Assembly (NCBI RefSeq): GCF_009914755.1
Contig: NC_060940.1
Length of the DNA: 64,000 bases
DNA from: the human T2T-CHM13v2.0 reference genome, Homo sapiens
Reading direction: 5' to 3' (one strand)
Part shown: piece by piece, positions 58,601 to 64,000 of the stretch
Layout of the letters: each line of letters opens with the position of its first letter
How positions within the stretch are numbered: the first letter of the stretch is position 1
Notes under the pieces: generated by a model
What the model saw: the letters and a program-made list of their open reading frames with translations, nothing else
What the model was told of the DNA's origin: nothing
Database searches by the model: none
Made by a program: the position numbers and the translations under genes

Positions 58601-59804
58601 TATTTTGAAAAAGAAAATAACCTCAGATGAAAACTAAAAAGAAGCATTGTGAAACTGCTTTGAGATGTGTGCATTCATCTGACAGAGTTAATCCATTCTT
58701 TTCACTCAGAAGTTTGGAAACAGTGTTTTTGTAGAATGTGTGAGAGTATATTTTGAAGTGCATTGAGGCGTATGGTGGAAAAGGAAATATCTTAAGATAA
58801 GAACAAGACAGAAGCTTTCTGAGAAACTGCTTTTTGATATGTGCATTCATCTCACAGAGTTGAACATTTGTTTTGATTTAGCAATTTGGAAACCCTCTTT
58901 TTGTCCATTCTATGAATGGAAATTTGGGAACTCATTGAAAACAATGGGGAAAGTGAATATCCCAGGGTAAATATAGAATAAGAATATCTGAGAAACTGCT
59001 TTGTGATGGATGTGGGCATTCATCTCACAGAGTTAAACCTTTCTTTTCATTCAGCAGTTGGAAACAGTGTTTTTGTCCATTCTGTGAATGGACATTTGGG
59101 AGTTCATGGAGGCCAAAGGTTAAGTAGCAAATGTTCCCTGATAAAACTGGAAGGAACCTATATGAGAAACTGCTTTGGTTATGTGCATACATCACACAGA
59201 ATTAAACCTTATTTTCTTTCAGCAATATGGAAACACTGTTTTTGTGGAATCTGCAAGGGGATATTTTAGAGCATATTAAGGCATATGGTGAAAAATAAAA
59301 TATCTTCAGATAAAAAGTAGAAAAAAGCTTTCTGAGAAGCTGCTTTGTTATGTGCGCTTTCAACACACAGAGTTAAACCTTTCTTTTGATTCAGCAATTT
59401 GGAAACACCATTTTTATCTATTTGGAGAATGGACATTTAGGAACTCTTTGCAGCCAATGGCGAAAAAGTGAATATCCCAGGATAAAAACTACAAGAAAGT
59501 TTTCTGAGAACCAGCTTTGTGATGTGAGCATTCATCTCACAAAGTTAAACCTTTCTTTTGATTCAGCAGTTTGGAAACACCGTTTTTATCTATTCAGAGA
59601 ATGGACATTTCAGATCTCTTTGAACCCCAAAGTGAAAAAGCGAATCTCCCATGATAAAAAACAGAAGGAATCTATCTGATAAACTGCCTTGTGATGTGTA
59701 CATTCACCTCAAAGAGTTAAACTTTTCATTCAGCAGTTTGGAAAAACTGTTTTGGTAGAATCTGCAAAGGTGTACTTGGGAGTGCATTGGGGCCAAACTA
59801 GAAG
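37682..59804 (+). repeat. Diverged alpha satellite, ~171 bp monomers, two alternating types, no homogeneous higher-order repeat (HOR)
   Basis: Recurring TCTGAGAAACTGCTTTGTGATGTGTGCATTCATCTCACAGAGTTAAACC at ~171 bp period. Confidence 0.97.
47201..47492 (-). mobile_element. L1PA (about PA4/PA5) 3' end fragment inside alpha satellite
   Basis: GTGCAGGTTTGTTACATATGTATACATGTGCCATG..GAGTGAGAACATGCAGTGTTTGGTTTTCTGTCCTTG; no TSD seen. Confidence 0.9.
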
Positions 59805-62800
59805 TTTCCTTTTAGTTTTTATCTGATGATACTTTCTTTTTCACCAGAGGTCTCAATGTGCTCCCACCTATCCCTTCGCAGAGACTACAAAAACAGTGAT
59901 TCCAAACTGCTGAATGAAAATAAAGGTTTCAGTCTGTGGGATGAATGCACATATCACAAAGCCATTTCTCATATAGCTTCTTTCTAGTTTTCATCCTGGG
60001 ATATTCACTTTTTCACCTTTGGCATCAATATGCTCCCAAATATCCCTCTGCAGACACTACTAGAAGGAAGATAGCTTCCTTCTAGTTTTTATCCTGGGAT
60101 ATTCCCTTTTTCTCCATTGCTCTCAATGAGCTCCCAAATGTCCAATCACAGAATGGGCAACAACAGTGTTTCCAAACTGCTGAACGAAAAGAAAAGAAAG
60201 TTTTAACTCTGCAAGATGAATATACACATCAGAAAGCGGTTTCTCATATAGCTTCCTCTCAGTTTTAATCCTGAGACATTCACCTTATCACCATTGGCCT
60301 CACAGTGCCCCCAAATATCCATTCGCAGAATGGACTGAAACAGTGTTCCAAGGTGCTGAATCATAAGACAATTTTAACTCTGTGACATGAATGCATACAT
60401 CTCAAAGCACTTTCTCAGAAAGATACATTCTAGTTATTACCTGAAGACATTTTCTTTGCCATAATAGGCCTCAGTCAGCTGTGAAATGTCAATTCGCAGA
60501 TTCTACCAAAAAATGTTTTCCAACTGCTGCATGAAAATAAAGATTTAACTCCTCAATTGAATGCACACATCACAAAGCGGTTTCTCAGATAGCTTCTTTC
60601 TAGTTTTTATGCTGGGATATTTGCTTTTTAGCCATTCACCTCAATCATCCCTCAAATGTCCATTCACAAAATGGACAAAAAAACCGTTTCCAAAGTGCTA
60701 AATGAAAAGAAAAGTTTAACTCTGTGAGATGAATGCACATATCACAAAGCGGTTTCTTGGATAGCTTATTTCTAATTTTTATCCTTGGGTATTTGCTTTT
60801 TCAACATTGGACTCAGTGAGCTCCCAAAGGTCCATTCACAGAATGGACAGAACACTTTTTCCAAACTGCCAAGTGAAAAGAACTGTTTGACACTGCAAGA
60901 TGAATGCACACATCACAAAGAGTTTCCTCAGATAACTTCTCTCTAATTTCCTTTTTTGCCATAGGCCTCAATGAGCTCCCAAATATCCCTTTGCAGATGC
61001 TACAAAAAAAGTGTTTCTAAACTACTGAATGACAAGAAAGGTTTCACTTTGTGGGATGAATGCACACACCACAAAGCGGTTTCACAGATGGATTCCTTCT
61101 ACTTTTTATCTTGGGATTTTCAAGTTTTTCCTTTTGGCCCCAGTGAGATCCCAAATGTCCACTCACAGAATGGACAAAAGCAGTGTTTCCACACTGCCGA
61201 GTCAAAGGAATGCTTTAACTAAGTGAGATAAATGCACACATCACAAAGGAGTATCTCAGAAAGTTTCCTTCTACTTTTTATGTGAAGATATTTTCTTTTT
61301 CACAATAGGCTTCAATGTGCACCCAAATATCCATTTGCAGTTTCCTCAAAAACAGTGTTTCTAAACTGCTGAATGAAAAGTATGGCTTTACTCTGTGAGA
61401 TGAAAGCACAAGTCACAAAACGGTTTCTCAGATAGCTTCTTCTAGTTTTTATAATAGGATATTCACTTTTTTGCCTTGGGCCTCAAATAGCTCCAAAATG
61501 TCCACTCACAGAGTGGACAAAAAGAGTGTTTTCAAACTGCTAAATAAAAAGAAATGTTTATCTCTGTGAAGTGAATGCAAACATCACCAAGCAGTTTCTC
61601 AGAAAACTTCTTTCTCGTTTTTATCTGAAGATATTTTCTTTTTCACCATAGGCCTCATTAGGCTCCCAAATATCCCTTCGCAGATTCTACAAAAAGAGTG
61701 TTTCCAAACTGCTGGATAAAAAAAAAGTTTAACTCTGTGAGATGAATGCACACATCACAAAGCGGTTTTTCAGATAATTTCTTTTAGTTTTTATCCTGGG
61801 TTATTTGCTTTTTCACCATTCACCTCAATGAGCTCCCAAATATTCACTCACAGAATGGACAAAAACAGTTTTTCCAAACTCCTAAATGAAAAGAAAGGTT
61901 TAACTCTGCAAGGTGAATGCACATATCACAAAGCAGTATCTCAGATAACTTTCTTTGCATTATTATCCTGGGAGAGTCGCTTTTTTGCCTTTGGCCTCAA
62001 TGAACTCCCAAATGTCCATTCAGAGTAGACAATCACAGTCTTTCCAAACTGCTGAATCAAAAGAAAGGTTTAATGCTCTGAAATGAATGCACTCATCATG
62101 AAGTGGTTTCTCAGACTGCTTCCTTCTGGTTTTTATCCTGGGATGTTCACTCTTTCACCCTTGGCCTCAATGAGCTCCCAAATGTCCATTTGCAGAATGG
62201 ACAAAAACAGTGATTCCAAACTGCTGAATCAAAAGAAAGGTTTAACTCTGTGGGATGAAGGCAAACATCACAAAAAGTTTCTCAGATAGCTTCCTTCTAG
62301 TTTTTATCCTGGGATATACCCCTTTTCACCATGGGACTTAATGAGTTCCAAAATGTCCATTCACAGAATGGACTAAAACAGGGTTTCCAAATTGGTGAGT
62401 CAAGAGTAAGGTTTAACTCTGTGAGATGAATGCACACATCACAAAGCAGTTTCTCAGAAAGATTCTTTCTAGTTTTTATCTGAAGTTATTTTCTTTGTCA
62501 ATATAGGCATCAATGCGCTCCCAAGTATCCCTTTACTATTCTAAAAAAACAGTGTTTCCAAATTGCTGAAGAAAAAGAAGGGTTTAATTCTGGTGATGAA
62601 TGCACACTTCTTAAAGTGGTTCCTCAGATAGCTTCCTTCTAGTTTTTATCCTGTGATATTCGCTTTTTCACCATTGGCCTCAATGAGCTCCATAATGTCC
62701 TTTCACAGAATGGGCAAGAACAATGTTTCCAAACTGCTGCATCAAAAGAATGGTTTAACGCTGTGAGATGAATGCACACATCACAAAGAAGTTTCTCAGA

Positions 62801-64000
62801 AAGCTTCTTTCTAGTTTTTATCTGAAGACATTTTCTTTTTCAGCATAGGCCTCAATTTGCTCCAAAATATCTCTTCCCAGGTTATCCAAAAACAGTGTTT
62901 GCAAACTGATGAATGAAAAGAAAGTTTTAACTCTGTGAGATGAATGCACACATCACAAACCGGTTTCTAAGATAGCTATCCTCCAGTTTATATCTTGAGA
63001 TATCGACTTTTCCGCCATTGTCCTCAATGAGCTCCTGAATACCACTTCAGAGATTCTACAAAAAAAGTGTTTCTAAACTGCTGAATGAAAAGTTATGTTT
63101 CACTCTGTGATATCAATGCACACATCACAAAGCAGAGTCTCAGATAGCTTCCTTCTAGTTTTTATCCTGCAGTATTCCCTTTTTCAGCATAGGCCTCAAT
63201 GAGCTCAGAAGTGTCCATTCACAGAATGGACAAAACAGTGTTTCCAAACTGCTAAATCAAAAGGAAGGTTTAACTCAGTGAGATGAATGTACACATCACA
63301 AAGCACTTTCTCAGAAAGCTTCTTTCTGGTTTTTATCTGAGCTTATTTTTTTTCACCATAGGCCTCAATGTGCCCCGAAATATCCCTTCTCAGATTCTAA
63401 AAAAGAGTGTTTCAACACTGCTGAAAGAAATGAAAGATTTAACTCTGTGAGATGAATGAACAGAACACAACGTGGTTTCTCAGATAGCTTCCTTCTAGTT
63501 TTTACACTGGGATATTCTCTTTTGCACCATTGGTCTCAATGAGTTCCCAAATGTGCATTCACAGAATGGGCAAAAACAGGGTTTCCAAACTGCTGAATCA
63601 CAAGAAAGATTTAACTATATGAGATCCATGCACACATCACAAAGCAGTTTCTCAGAATGCTTCTTTCTATTTTTTATCTGTAGCTATTTTCTTTTTCACC
63701 ATAGGCTTCACTGTGATCCCAAATATCCCTTCACAGATTCTATAAAAACAGCGTTTCCAATCTGCTGAATGAAAAGAAAGATTTAACTCTGCAGGATCAA
63801 TGCACACATCACAGAGTGGAGTTTCAGATAGCTTCCTTCCAGTTTTTATCCTGGGGCATTCGCTTTTTCACCATAGGCTTCAATGAGCTCAAAAATGTCC
63901 ATTCACAGAATGGACAAAACAGTGTTTCCAAACTGCTAAATCAAAAGAAAGGTTTAACTCAGTGAGACGAATGTACACATCACAAAACACTTTCTCAGAA
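59805..64000 (-). repeat. Alpha satellite of the same family in inverted orientation
   Basis: Recurring GGTTTAACTCTGTGAGATGAATGCACACATCACAAAGCAGTTTCTCAGA, the reverse complement of the left block. Confidence 0.97.

Noticed and set aside
37682-64000. Many 60-160 aa ORFs and a CRISPR-like repeat/spacer appearance
   Set aside because: The whole 171 bp unit is repeated alpha satellite with no unique spacers or cas genes, in a primate genome; the ORFs are chance frames.
37682-64000. Active centromeric higher-order repeat array
   Set aside because: Monomers are highly diverged with indels, there is no homogeneous long period, no CENP-B box was seen and an L1 is inserted.

Overview
Primate (most likely human) pericentromeric DNA spanning a junction between a segmental-duplication mosaic and alpha satellite. 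There is no intact protein-coding gene. From left to right: (1) ~1-17.1 kb is an AT-rich block with a nested ERVL/L1MA/THE1D stack, many Alus, and an unprocessed copy of the last exon (coding end plus long 3'UTR) of CISD2, parent locus 4q24, on the minus strand. The ORF track misses this exon. (2) ~17.1-23.8 kb is a subtelomere-type block: TAR1 with an AluYa5 insertion, a degenerate (TTAGGG)n tract, and an L1PB cut at both ends. (3) ~24.4-34.4 kb is a GC-rich block derived from Xq28 carrying ABCD1 exons 7-10 as a pseudogene on the minus strand, with a premature stop and a damaged ABC signature. (4) A CpG-rich GCAAAAAGCCGCGG repeat sits at its breakpoint, followed by a ~2.9 kb spacer. (5) 37.7-64 kb is diverged, mostly dimeric alpha satellite with no CENP-B box seen, an L1PA fragment, fossil internal duplications and a strand inversion at ~59.8 kb marked by fold-back hairpins. 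The layout fits the known ABCD1 paralog junctions (2p11/10p11/16p11/22q11 class), but I cannot tell which chromosome this is. Repeat subfamily calls and parent-gene comparisons come from remembered consensus sequences, not from a search.
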